A stretch of 64,000 nucleotides of DNA. It comes from Anaeromyxobacter sp. Lineage in GTDB: Bacteria; Myxococcota; Myxococcia; Myxococcales; Anaeromyxobacteraceae. Below, one piece after another: positions 1-12,046 of the stretch. The position numbers and the translations under genes were made by a program. The notes beneath the pieces are model-generated. The model was not told where the DNA came from. It saw only the letters and a program-made list of their open reading frames with translations, and searched no databases. Each line of letters opens with the position of its first letter. Position 1 is the stretch's first letter. The stretch is taken from contig JASGJN010000019.1 in NCBI GenBank assembly GCA_049840735.1, positions 1 to 64,000 of the forward strand, written 5' to 3'.

Positions 1-2
1 CG

Positions 3-1413
3 CCCGGAAAATTCGGCGTTTATGTGTGCGGTCCGACGGTCTACGGCCTGATCCACATCGGCAACCTGCGCACGGCGATCGTGGCGGATATGTTCTTCCG
101 TTACTTCAAGCACGCGGGTTTTGATGTGACGTACGTGCGCAACTACACGGACGTGGACGACAAGATCATCCAGCGCGGCGAAGGAAGAGGGGATCACCGC
201 TGACGAAGTCGCGCGCAAGTACACTCAGGAAGTGGAAAAAGATTACGCCGTGGCCGGGCTTTTGGAGCCCACGCATAAGACGAACGTCACGACTCACATT
301 CCCGAGATCATCTCGATGATCGAGAAGATCATCAAGAACGGCAAAGCCTACGTCGTCGACGACGGCGAGGTGTTGTTCTCGAATTCGAGAGCTTTGACGG
401 ACTACGGCAAGCTCTCGCATCGCGAATATCGAAGAGCTGCAGGCCGGCGCGCGCGTCGAAGTCAGCGCTGACAAGAAGCGCAACCCGCTTGACTTCGCGC
501 TGTGGAAGCCCGCCAAGCCCGGCGAGCCGTCCTGGGACAGTCTCCGTGGGAGCACGGGCCGTCCTGGCTGGCACATCGAGTGCTCGGCAATGGCGACGCA
601 AGTAGCTGGGCGAACCAGTTCGACATTCATGACGGCGGGCATCGACCTGATCTTCCCGCATCACGAAAACGAGATCGCGCAGTAGCGAAGCAGCGAGCGG
701 AAAGCCGTTCGTGCGCTGCTGGGTGCACAACGATTTCCTGATCATCGACGGCGCCAAGATGTCCAAGTCGCTGGGCAACGTGGTGCGCCTGCGTGATGCG
801 TTGGAGCGCGTCGATGCCGAAGGTCTGCGCTACTTCTTCTTGTCGACGCACTACCGGCAGCAGCTGTAGTTCGGTGAGAAGGCGTTGAGCGATGCCGAAG
901 CGCGCGTCGAGTACTTCTACGAAACGCTGAAGAAGGTCGACGAACGCATCACGGGGAAGGATTTTGGAACCGGCCCCGTGCACGGGCGAGCCCGCGAAGT
1001 TCTTGCGCGAGTTCGATGAAGCGATGAGCGACGACTTCAATTTCCCTGGTGCGCTCGGTGCGCTCTCAGGTCTGTTCGCTGAATTGAATCTGCTCACTGA
1101 CAAGCCGCCGGTGAAAGACAAAGCGCTCGTCGGCCGCACGCTGATCGAACTCCGCGGCATCGTGACCAAGATCGCGTCGGCGTTGGGCTTGTTCGAATCG
1201 CCTTCGTCGGAATGGCTGCTCGGCCGTCGCGAGCGTCAGGTGAAAGCGAAGGGCCTCGATGCAGCGAAGATCGAAGGGCTGATCAAAGCGCGCAACGATG
1301 CACGCGCCGCGAAGAACTTCCCGGAGTCGGATCGTGTTCGCGCCGAGCTGAAGGACATCGGCGTGGAGATCATGGACACGCCCGCCGGCACAACCTGGAA
1401 ATTCGCGAACTGA
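3..1413 (+). CDS. cysS: Cysteine--tRNA ligase, 5'-truncated at the window edge, with several frameshifts/in-frame stops (probably sequencing errors)
   Basis: Frame from nt 3 reads [15 protein letters not shown]...[13 protein letters not shown]. Later pieces read [39 protein letters not shown] (~757) and HYR. ORF 964..1413 gives the C-terminal MSDDFNFP...[22 protein letters not shown]. Confidence 0.95.
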
Positions 1414-1820
1414 ACTTCACGATCTCAGCGATTCTTGCGGCAGCTGCACTGCCGTACGTGTTCCTGATGTTGAGCGGCCTGCCCTCGCGAACCGAGCGCG
1501 GCCGTTGGGGCCAAGGCTACGACAATCGAGAAGCGCGCGCGTCACTCGAGCAACTCACCGGCTGGCGCAAACGCGCGCACTTCGCGCAGATGAACGGGCA
1601 CGAAGCGTTTCCACAATTCGCAGCGGCGATGATTTGTGCGCAACTCGCAGGAGTCGAAGCCACGACGATGCACGCGCTCGCGATAGGGTTTCTCGTGTTC
1701 CGCGTTGCGCACGGAGCTGCGTACATCGCGAACCTCGGCATTCCGCGCAGCGTGTTATGGGCATGCGCGGTGAGTTGCACCGTCGGCCTGTTCATCGCCG
1801 CGATCGTCACCTCACGATGA
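1410..1820 (+). CDS. MAPEG family membrane protein (start approximate)
   Basis: 3' part of ORF 1212..1820: YDN..R....L.GWRKRAHFAQMNGHEAFP.FAAA...F..RVAH..AYIA motif and hydrophobic helices; abuts the cysS stop. Confidence 0.8.
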   Translation: MNFTISAILAAAALPYVFLMLSGLPSRTERGRWGQGYDNREARASLEQLTGWRKRAHFAQMNGHEAFPQFAAAMICAQLAGVEATTMHALAIGFLVFRVAHGAAYIANLGIPRSVLWACAVSCTVGLFIAAIVTSR

Positions 1821-3172
1821 ACAAGCCACGGAGCTCTTCGGTGAAACTCGTCGGCCCGCCGTTTCGATTCGCGATGAGCCTCCACTGATACGTCTGGCCA
1901 GTCGCAAGCGCCGGGCCCACATAGTCAGCCGTCGTCGTGCCGCCGTCGGGGATCTCGAACGCCCAGATCAGCACGCCGAGCGCGTCGAACACCTTCAGCG
2001 TGTACGCGTCAGCGTTCGAGTACTTCTTCCAGCTGAACGTCGGCGTCGCAGTGACTTCGTCGATGTTCTCTGCGCCGGGTGAAACGATCTTCACCGCGCC
2101 GGTCACTTTGAACTGCGTGCTGCTCGCTCCGGTGAGAGTGCCGCCAGTCACGACGATGTGAACGAGGTCGGTGCCTGCGATGCCTTGATCAGGGTCGCGA
2201 ACGTTGTCGTCATTCTCGAACGCAGCGAGCACCACGTAGCGGCCATCTGGAATTCCGGTGATCAACCACGCGCCGGTGATGTTGGGCGCTCCCGTCCCCG
2301 GAGCGCGCAGACCGGGCGGCACTTCACCGCGACCGAGCGCTTCGATGAACGTGCTCTCGACCGCGAGCACGACACTCGTGCCGTCACCGTTCGCGCCAGC
2401 GACGAGTTGCACGCTGCCCGACAAACTCGCTGGCACCGCTGCTGCGCGTTCGAGCCGCACTCCGGTCACATCGACGTCAGCGACCGTCACCGTCGCGGGC
2501 GAGTAGTTCTGATTTCGCCGGTACGCAGAAATCGTCGCGTCACCAGGTGGCACGTTGAAGAACGAAAAAGTTCCATCAGGCGCGGCGAGCGTCGAACGAC
2601 CACGCGCAGTGCCCTGCTCGAGAACCACCAACGTCGCAGCACCGCTCTCGATGCTTCCGCTCACCGTAGGCAGCCCCTGCTCACTCGCAGAAACCGGGTT
2701 CAGACCGATGCCCGTCAGCTCCGACGAGAGAACCCACGCTTCGCTTTCAGAGCCGCGCGTCGCGTTCGTCAAATCGATCGGCAGCGAAATGCGCGCGCCC
2801 GAAGGAAACGGCACGTAGTTCTTCGCCTGACTGCGCAGCAGCACCTTCTTCGCAGCGAGCGCGCCTTTGCTGTTCGTGCGCGTCGCGGGAACTCGCATCG
2901 AATACGCGCCATCACTCTTCGACGTCACCGGCGCGCCAATCGGTGCTCCGTTTTCGTCCGTCGCGAGCACCTGCGCACCAGCGATTCCCGCGGCGGTCGA
3001 GAGATCGAACACGTGACCTTCGACGAACACGGGAGGGAAACACTGCCGCGGCCCACCTTCGACCTCTTCGCAAACCTGATCGGTGCGGCACCGTGTTCGG
3101 GTCTGAGACATCACATTCGCGGGGCGCACACGCACTCGCCGCGACCATCGTCAGAGCAAGGAGCTTTCTCAT
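1807..3172 (-). CDS. Lipoprotein with carboxypeptidase-regulatory-like (transthyretin-like) repeats; frameshift near 3090
   Basis: Lipoprotein signal MRKLLALTMVAASAC in ORF 2912..3172 continues into ORF 1807..3135, which has repeated V.G.V/DG.Y.../F.NVPPG.A beta-sandwich motifs. Confidence 0.7.
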
Positions 3173-3265
3173 GCCTGCCCTGTGACTTCAGACTCCGGAC
3201 ACAAGGCAGAAATTTCCAAACCCATTCAGGTTTTTCGACCGTGCGCGAACTGCTACGCGGAGCGG

Positions 3266-4837
3266 ATGCTTCTGCTGCCGCTCCTGCTTGCTGCTGCACC
3301 CGCGCCGATCACCGCTGCTGAATTGCGCGCGCACACGTCGTTTCTCGCGTCTGATTTGCTCGAAGGCCGCGGGCCCGCAACGCGTGGCGACAAACTCGCG
3401 CAGGAATACATCGCGACGCAGTTCCGCGCGCTCGGGTTGACGACCACCATTCAGCCGTTCGACATCGTCGGCGTCGATGGTCACCCCGATTCGGTCACCT
3501 TCAAGACGCCGAAGACGCAGATGACGTTGCCGTATCGCGATGACGTGATTGCGATTTCCGGTCATCAAGAACTCGTCTCTGAACTGCGCGACGCCGAACT
3601 GCTGTTCGTCGGCTACGGCATCACCGCGCCGGAGTTCAAATGGGACGACTTCAAGGGCGTCGACGTGAAGGGAAAAGTCCTGGTGGTCATGAACAACGAC
3701 CCCGAAGACGACCCGAAGCTCTTCGGCGGCAAAGCGCGCCTCTGGTACGGCCGGTGGGATTACAAATACGAAAAGGCGCGGCAGCTCGGCGCGGCAGGCG
3801 TGTTCATCATTCACACCACGCCGTCGGCTGGTTACCCGTGGCAGGTCGTGCAGACCTCGTGGAGCGGTGAACAACTCGACCTCCCGTACGGCCCTGGTCA
3901 TCAGCTGCAGATGAAGGGCTGGCTCAGTGAAAACGCCGCGCGGAAATTGTTCGCGCTCACGGGGAAAGATCTCGATGCGCTCCGCAAGAAAGCCCAGACG
4001 CGCAACTTCAAACCCGTGCCGCTGGGCGTGACGATCTCGACGCGCTTCGAAAGCAAGGTCGCGCGGAAGACGACCGCCAATGTGCTCGGCGTGCTCGAAG
4101 GCACCGACCCGAAGTTGAAGAGCGAGTTCGTCGTGTACACCGCGCACCACGATCATCTCGGCATCGGTGACCCCGACGACAAAGGCGACACCATCTACAA
4201 CGGAGCGGTCGACAACGCGGCCGGCGTCGCGGCGCTGCTTTCAGTTGCACGCGTCGTGAGCGCACAGGCTCCGAAACGCAGTGTGCTGTTCGCGGCCGTC
4301 GCTGCAGAAGAACAAGGTCTGCTCGGTTCGCAGTTCCTCATCGAGCACTCACCGATTCCGCCCGCGAAGATGGCCGCCGACATCAACGTCGATGGTCTCA
4401 ACATTCTCGGCCGCACCAGTGACGTGAGCGTGGTCGGTCTCGGCAAGTCGAGCATCGACGGGCTCATCATCGAGCTCGCGCGCAAACAGGGCCGCACGGT
4501 GCACGCCGACGCGCTCTCTGATCGCGGCTTCTTCTACCGGAGCGATCAGTTCAACTTCGCCAAGCGCGGCGTTCCCTCCGCGTATTTCTCGAGCGGGCAG
4601 GACTTCATCGGCAAGCCTGAAGGCTGGGGCCAGAAGCAGCGCGAAGACTGGGAAGAGAAGCGCTACCACCAGCCATCTGACGAGGTGACGAAGGATTGGG
4701 ATCTCGCCGGTGCGGTCGACGACGTGCAGCTCTACGTCGATCTGGGGCTCGCGATCGGCAACTCCGCGCTGCTGCCCACGTGGACCAAAGGCGACGAGTT
4801 CGAAGGCGAACGCCTCAAGTCGCTCGCCCTGCCCTGA
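3266..4837 (+). CDS. M28 family metallopeptidase with PA domain
   Basis: Signal peptide; LASDLLEGRG, FVGYGITAPEFKWDD (PA domain), TAHHDHLG, IYNGAVDNAAG, AEEQGLLGS, RSDQFNF and YHQPSDE motifs. Confidence 0.92.
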   Translation: MLLLPLLLAAAPAPITAAELRAHTSFLASDLLEGRGPATRGDKLAQEYIATQFRALGLTTTIQPFDIVGVDGHPDSVTFKTPKTQMTLPYRDDVIAISGHQELVSELRDAELLFVGYGITAPEFKWDDFKGVDVKGKVLVVMNNDPEDDPKLFGGKARLWYGRWDYKYEKARQLGAAGVFIIHTTPSAGYPWQVVQTSWSGEQLDLPYGPGHQLQMKGWLSENAARKLFALTGKDLDALRKKAQTRNFKPVPLGVTISTRFESKVARKTTANVLGVLEGTDPKLKSEFVVYTAHHDHLGIGDPDDKGDTIYNGAVDNAAGVAALLSVARVVSAQAPKRSVLFAAVAAEEQGLLGSQFLIEHSPIPPAKMAADINVDGLNILGRTSDVSVVGLGKSSIDGLIIELARKQGRTVHADALSDRGFFYRSDQFNFAKRGVPSAYFSSGQDFIGKPEGWGQKQREDWEEKRYHQPSDEVTKDWDLAGAVDDVQLYVDLGLAIGNSALLPTWTKGDEFEGERLKSLALP

Positions 4838-4880
4838 CTGCTGACGGAAAGTGACACTGGCCGGGTTAGAAACCCGCGCC

Positions 4881-6960
<2,080 letters not shown>

Positions 6961-6985
6961 GCACCGCGGTTCGTAGAGGCCGGAC

Positions 6986-8301
6986 ATGCGTTTCGCCCTG
7001 CTCTTCTTCTTCTCCGGCTGCGCGGCCATCGCTCCGCGGCCGGCGATTGTTCACTACTCGAGCGAGAAGCAGCCCGAGTTCGAAGCGCTGGTGCGCACGC
7101 TCGAATCGGAGATGCAGAAGAACAGCATCCCCGGCGGGAGCATCGCCATCGTCGAGAATGGCGTGCTCACACACGCCGCCGGCATCGGGTTGCGCAACCG
7201 GTTTCAACCCGAGGGCATGACCGCGGACACCACGTTCCGAATCGCGTCGATCAGCAAGACGGTGCTCGGGCTCGCGGCGTTGTCACTGGTCGACAGCGGC
7301 GAGCTCGATCTCGACAAGAAGGTCAGTGACTACGTGCCCAGTTTCTTCGCGCCGATCACGGTGCGACAGGCGCTCACGCACAGCTCCGGGCTCGCCGACA
7401 AAGGTGATTCGCATTGTCCCGTCGGCGAAGGCGCGCTCGATGCATGGCTCGCGAAGTACGCGCCTGACGCAGTGTGGGCGCCTCCAGGAGTCATCTGGAA
7501 CTACGCGAACCCCAACTTCGCCATCGTCGCGACCGTCATCGAACACATCACCGGCAAACCGTTCGAGACCGTCGTCGAAGAACGCGTGTTCCGCGCGCCG
7601 GAGTCACCGCGACGTACGACCCTGAGAAAGCACGCGCGCCGATGACGTACCTGCACCCGAAAGGAAGCAAGCCGGCGCCGCTCGATGCGTTCGACTGCGC
7701 GCTCTTTCGTGCCGCGGGTGGCGTGATGATCAGTGTCACCGATTTCACGCGCGTGATGGCGCTGATCGATGCGCAGCGAATGACCGAGAACGCGGTCGAC
7801 ATGCGGCGCGGCGGAGACGCGCATTACGGGCTCGGCGTGAGCACCGTGCGAACCAAGGACGGCGAGAACGGCGTGATGCACGGCGGCGGCATGCCGGGCC
7901 TGCAGACGTTCTTCGTGAAGCTCCCGTCATTCGCCTTCGCAGCGTTCTTCAACGGCGACACGCCCATCGGCCCGCAACTCAATCAGGCGCTCGCGAAATA
8001 TCGCGGCCGCACGCCGACGAAGCCCGACACCACGCCTCCCGATTTCGCGCCGTACGAAGGTCGCTTCGATGACGCGCCGCACGGCCTCACCGTCGAAGTT
8101 CACCGCCGCGATTCGAAACTCGTGGCGCATTTCACGCGCGGAAAGTTCGAAACCGAACGCGAGCTCAAATGGCTCGGTGGCGACACCTTCGTCGTCGATT
8201 GGCCGTTCGGCGCCGACAACGCGCTCATCGCCACCGAGGCCACATTCTTCCCCGGCTATCTCGTCACGCGGCTCGGAGTCGCTACTGCAGCTTCCCGATG
8301 A
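6986..8301 (+). CDS. Serine hydrolase, beta-lactamase/AmpC-like family lipoprotein; frameshift at ~7595
   Basis: Lipobox FFSGC; FRIASISK (SxxK), LTHSSGL, WNYAN (YxN) and HGG motifs across ORFs 6986..7645 and 7474..8301. Confidence 0.88.
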
Positions 8302-9435
8302 GGAACTGAATCGACGAACCCGCGTCGGTGGTGTGCACGTTGTACGCAGGAATTTCCGCACCGAGATCGATGCCCGCATCGAGCGCGTGATTCATCACCG
8401 TCATCCCGTGCAGCGGGTGATGCAGAAAGTTCTGCAGCGGGTCGACGTCGGGGTTCGAGTTCTCGATGTACGCCGGAGGATCATCGGCGCTCATCAACCC
8501 GAGCATGTCGACGTCGGCGCGATACGCGAGGTAGTGCGGCTGCGAGAGCGTCTCGAGAATCGCGCCTGCATCTGACGCGAGCGACGAATCGAGCCCGTAG
8601 AAACGAATCATCGCGTCGCGGGCTCCTGCACCGAGAGCAGCACGTCGTTCGTGTACTGCGGGTACTCGCCTCCGTAGACGTCAGCCGACCAGCGCACCAC
8701 GTCGTACGTCGCCTGCGTCGAATTCGCCGCGACCGCCTGCACGCGCGTCGATTGCCGCTCGAGCAACGTGCCCGCATCGGGGTTCGCCATGTCGGGATGA
8801 AACGCGAGCCACAGACTCGTGCCCGCGCCCGCCGAACCGCCGTAGACGCCCACGCGCGAAGGGTCGACGTTGAACAGCGACGCCCAGCGCCGAATGAACT
8901 GCAGCGCGGTGCGATTGTCGGTGAGGCACTTGATGACGCCTTCGTCTTCGGTGCCGTCGGTGCGCAGCAATCGGTAATCGACTCCGAACCACGCGACGCC
9001 TGCGTTCAACGTCGCGACCACGTTGCCGTAGCCCGAGGTGCGGCTGCCGCCGGTGAAACCACCGCCATGGTAGAAAACGATGATCGCCGTCGGCTGCGTC
9101 GACTCGGGCAAGAACACATCCATCACCTGCGACGGGTCGGAGCCGTACGACACCAACGCGTACTTCGCGCCCGCGGGCAGATTCGGCACCGGCGAGCTCG
9201 TGAAGGTCACCTCGGGAGGCGTGTCGCCGGCATCGACCTGCTCACCACCGCCTGTTCCCGAGCCGCCACCGGTCACTCCGCTACCGCCGCCAGTCGCCAC
9301 ACTCCCACCTCCTCCGGCAGGGCTGCCTCCACCCACCGAGCCACTTCCACCCCCGGTCCCACCGCCTCCAGCGCCCGAACACGAAGAAATCAGAGCGATC
9401 GACACTGCCGACGAGAGCCAAAACGAGGGTCGCAT
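8282..9435 (-). CDS. Alpha/beta hydrolase (esterase) lipoprotein with Gly-rich linker; frameshift at ~8615
   Basis: Lipobox LISSC, Gly/Thr/Ser linker, HGGGF, DYRL and GGSAG nucleophile elbow; C-terminal part with HHP.HG in ORF 8282..8611. Confidence 0.85.
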
Positions 9436-9485
9436 GCGACCTTGAACCCGCCTTCAGCCCCGGAGTTGCGGGGGTTTTGCGCAAC

Positions 9486-9514
9486 TCTGAAACTTTCAGT
9501 TCTGAAACTTTCCG
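9486..9514. promoter_or_regulatory. Tandem palindromic operator / upstream activating sequence
   Basis: TCTGAAACTTTC occurs at 9486-9497 and 9501-9512 (15-bp period). The first copy forms the palindrome CTGAAA-C-TTTCAG. It lies in a divergent intergenic region. Confidence 0.6.
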
Positions 9515-9569
9515 CGCGGGCGAAAGGAAATGACCCATGCCTGTATCAGTCGTCCCGAAGGGTTGGCGG

Positions 9570-9584
9570 CGGCACGAAATCTGC
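9570..9584 (+). promoter_or_regulatory. Sigma54-type -24/-12 promoter
   Basis: CGGCACGAAATCTGC, with GG(9571-72)-N10-GC(9583-84); close to the TGGCACG-N4-TTGC consensus and 18 nt before ATG 9603. Confidence 0.6.
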
Positions 9585-9602
9585 CTTGGGCGTGCGCCCG
9601 GT

Positions 9603-9959
9603 ATGTTGAACGTGAACGAAGCAGCTGCAGCAGTGGTCGTGGAGTCGTCGCCGTTGTGGGTGGTCGCGGACATGTTGAACGCCGGCAGTTTCGAAGTCGT
9701 GTTGGTGCTGAAAGAAGACCAGTCGGTGCTGGGTCTGGTGCGCCGTGACGCCGTGCTGCGGCTTGCGCCCCGGTTGCCGGAAGCTCCGGTTCGCATGCTG
9801 CCGCTGCAGCGCGTGGTGGAAGTCCCTCAGGACGCGACGCTGGAGCACGCGAAGGGCGTTCTGGTCGACGCCTCGATTGATGCGTTGATCGTCGAGAAGT
9901 CGGTGCTCGAAGGCTGGCGCGTGGTGATGCGCGATGCCGTGCTCACTGAAGCTGCATAA
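9603..9959 (+). CDS. Stand-alone CBS-domain-pair-like protein
   Basis: Pattern V.E..PL..V...L.....VVLV.....VLGLV.RDAV followed by V.V..DATL..A...L....IDAL.V, typical of tandem CBS domains. Confidence 0.6.
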   Translation: MLNVNEAAAAVVVESSPLWVVADMLNAGSFEVVLVLKEDQSVLGLVRRDAVLRLAPRLPEAPVRMLPLQRVVEVPQDATLEHAKGVLVDASIDALIVEKSVLEGWRVVMRDAVLTEAA

Positions 9960-9988
9960 GCGGCGCGCCGTGGCAGACTGACGCCGCG

Positions 9989-10549
9989 TTGCTCGCCCTC
10001 GCTCTCGCACTCACGCTTTCGCAGACTGGTACCAACGAAGCCACGCGGCTCGGTGCCGAGTATTTCGTTCAGCGCGCCGGCGTCACGTGGACGTATGAGC
10101 TGGCGAAAGGCAAAGGCCGCGTTTCGATTTCGTCGTTCGTCGACTGGCGCGCGCACGTCAGCATCTCGCTCGGCAAATGGAGCGGCTCGTCGGTGTGGCG
10201 CGTAAAAGAGGGCGTGTGGCTCGAGAAGAGCGGCCTGCGCGGCGGTGACGAAGCGATCATCCTCCCGGCGACGCTGACGCGCGGCACGCGCTGGGTGACG
10301 GCAGCGTCGATCGAACGCGGAGGCGGAAAGAAGTCAGCCTTCGAAGTGCTCGCGCTCGAAGCGAGCGTTGAATTGCCGAACGGACAAGTGCTCGACAGCT
10401 GCCTCGCGGTGCTCGAGACGCCGGTCGACGGCGGCGACAGCCTGACGCACTACTATTCGCAGAACGTCGGCAAGGTCGCCGTGCAGGGGCCTGATGGTTG
10501 GATTTACCGGCTGGTGGACTTCAAGGGCGGCAATCACCACTCCGATTGA
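9989..10549 (+). CDS. Secreted hypothetical protein
   Basis: Signal peptide, beta-rich body ending YY.QNVGKV, coding-like codon use. Confidence 0.65.
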   Translation: MLALALALTLSQTGTNEATRLGAEYFVQRAGVTWTYELAKGKGRVSISSFVDWRAHVSISLGKWSGSSVWRVKEGVWLEKSGLRGGDEAIILPATLTRGTRWVTAASIERGGGKKSAFEVLALEASVELPNGQVLDSCLAVLETPVDGGDSLTHYYSQNVGKVAVQGPDGWIYRLVDFKGGNHHSD

Positions 10550-11943
10550 TCACCCGGTGGTGCCACCACCCGGCTTCGTCGTTCTGCCGCCATCGTCGTC
10601 AGCGCCGGTGATGCTCTCGATCACGCTGAGCGCGACTTCGGCCGGCTTCTGCACCGCGCTGAGAATCGAATCGAAGAAGCCACTGCCGTTGCAATCATCC
10701 CAGGTCTGACGCTCGCTCGAAGTGAGCGTGTCGGTGGAGAAGCGGCGGATCGACTTCATGAAATCGCCCGCAGGCATCGTCGCTTCTTTTCCATTCGGGT
10801 CGAGGTAACGGACGCTCTGCTTGTCTTCGGTGACGCCGAGCACGACGACGCGGTGCAGACCTTCGGCACCGAACGCCTCGCCTTCGACCGAAACTGAAAC
10901 CGGTTCGCGACGCGACGCCGAGATGATGACCTTGAGCGCGGCGGCCTGTTCCTTGTCGTTGGCGATCGCTCCGACATCGTAGTTGTCGTACGTGCCGTCG
11001 AGCGCGCGGTTGAGAAGTCGATCAGTCCACGACGCGGGCAGACGGCGGAGCGCGTGGTCTTTCGAAGTGACGTCGCCGTTCTCGTCGACCGGCTTGCCGT
11101 CGCTGTTCACGAAGTAGCCGTGTTTGCCGTCGTAGGTGATTCCCGGAGGCGCCGCCGCGGCCATCATCGCCGGCGCGACGAGCTGCTGAACGGCGCTGCG
11201 ATCATCGCGCGAAGGAACATCGACACGCTTGAGCGTCGCGCCGCTTTCCAACTTCACGCTGCCTTCCGGTGACGCGAGGCCCGCGACGACGCGCACGTAT
11301 TCGGCCGGGCTCTCCTTGAGCAGAATCATCGACGTGCTGACCGCGCCGCAGGTCGAGTGATTGCCCTGGCGCACGTTCGCCGGGTCGGCGAGTTCGCTGA
11401 CGAGAATCGGCGAGCACCTTGTGACGATCGATTCCGTCGGCCATCGGCTGCGTGAGCAGACCGTTCAACCCACTCAGCGTCTTCGGGTCGAGCTTGCCGT
11501 CGACGAGCATCGTCTGGAGCGACAGGCGCGCGAACAGGATCCGTCGAGGCCTTCAGTTCCTGAGCGACGGCGACGTACTGCGCCTTCTGATCAGCCGGCA
11601 GCTGCTGAACCGCGACCGTCTCGAGGTCACCCATCAGCTTCTGCTTCGCGGCGGTGCGCATCGCGGTGATCTGCGCGAGCACTCCGTGACGATCTTCCGG
11701 CGGCAGATGCGCGGCGAGCTGCGAAAGCTGGCGCTCCTTGGCGGCCATCGGGTCGGGCTGGTTCAACAGAAACGCTTTGGCAGACGCGATGCGGTCAGCG
11801 TGCGGGTTCGCGACCGGCGGAGGCGCGGCGGTGTACGCCGACTTCGCGACCGGCGCAGAAGGCTTCGGGGTCGCAACCGGCGCGGGCGTGCTGGGCTTCG
11901 GAGCCGGAACAGACGGGCGCGGCGAAAGGAAAGGCACCTTCAT
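10550..11943 (-). CDS. Hypothetical protein with Pro-rich N-terminus and putative papain-like cysteine peptidase domain; two frameshifts
   Basis: ORFs 11326..11943, 11202..11510 and 10550..11374 join end to end; RQGNHSTCGA, GLHRVVV and YLDP motifs. Confidence 0.6.
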
Positions 11944-12046
11944 GGTGGAAACCCCTTTTGGCGAACTGCGATTTGTTGATTCTCGCGCAGACGGAAGCCG
12001 GTGTTTTCACCCGAAGTGTCAATGGAGTTGCAGACTTACATGTCGC

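Noticed and set aside
600..870. In-frame TAG codons in cysS as stop-codon recoding
   Set aside because: TAG ends other genes normally (e.g. 19337, 20153) and the region is also full of indels; sequencing error is simpler
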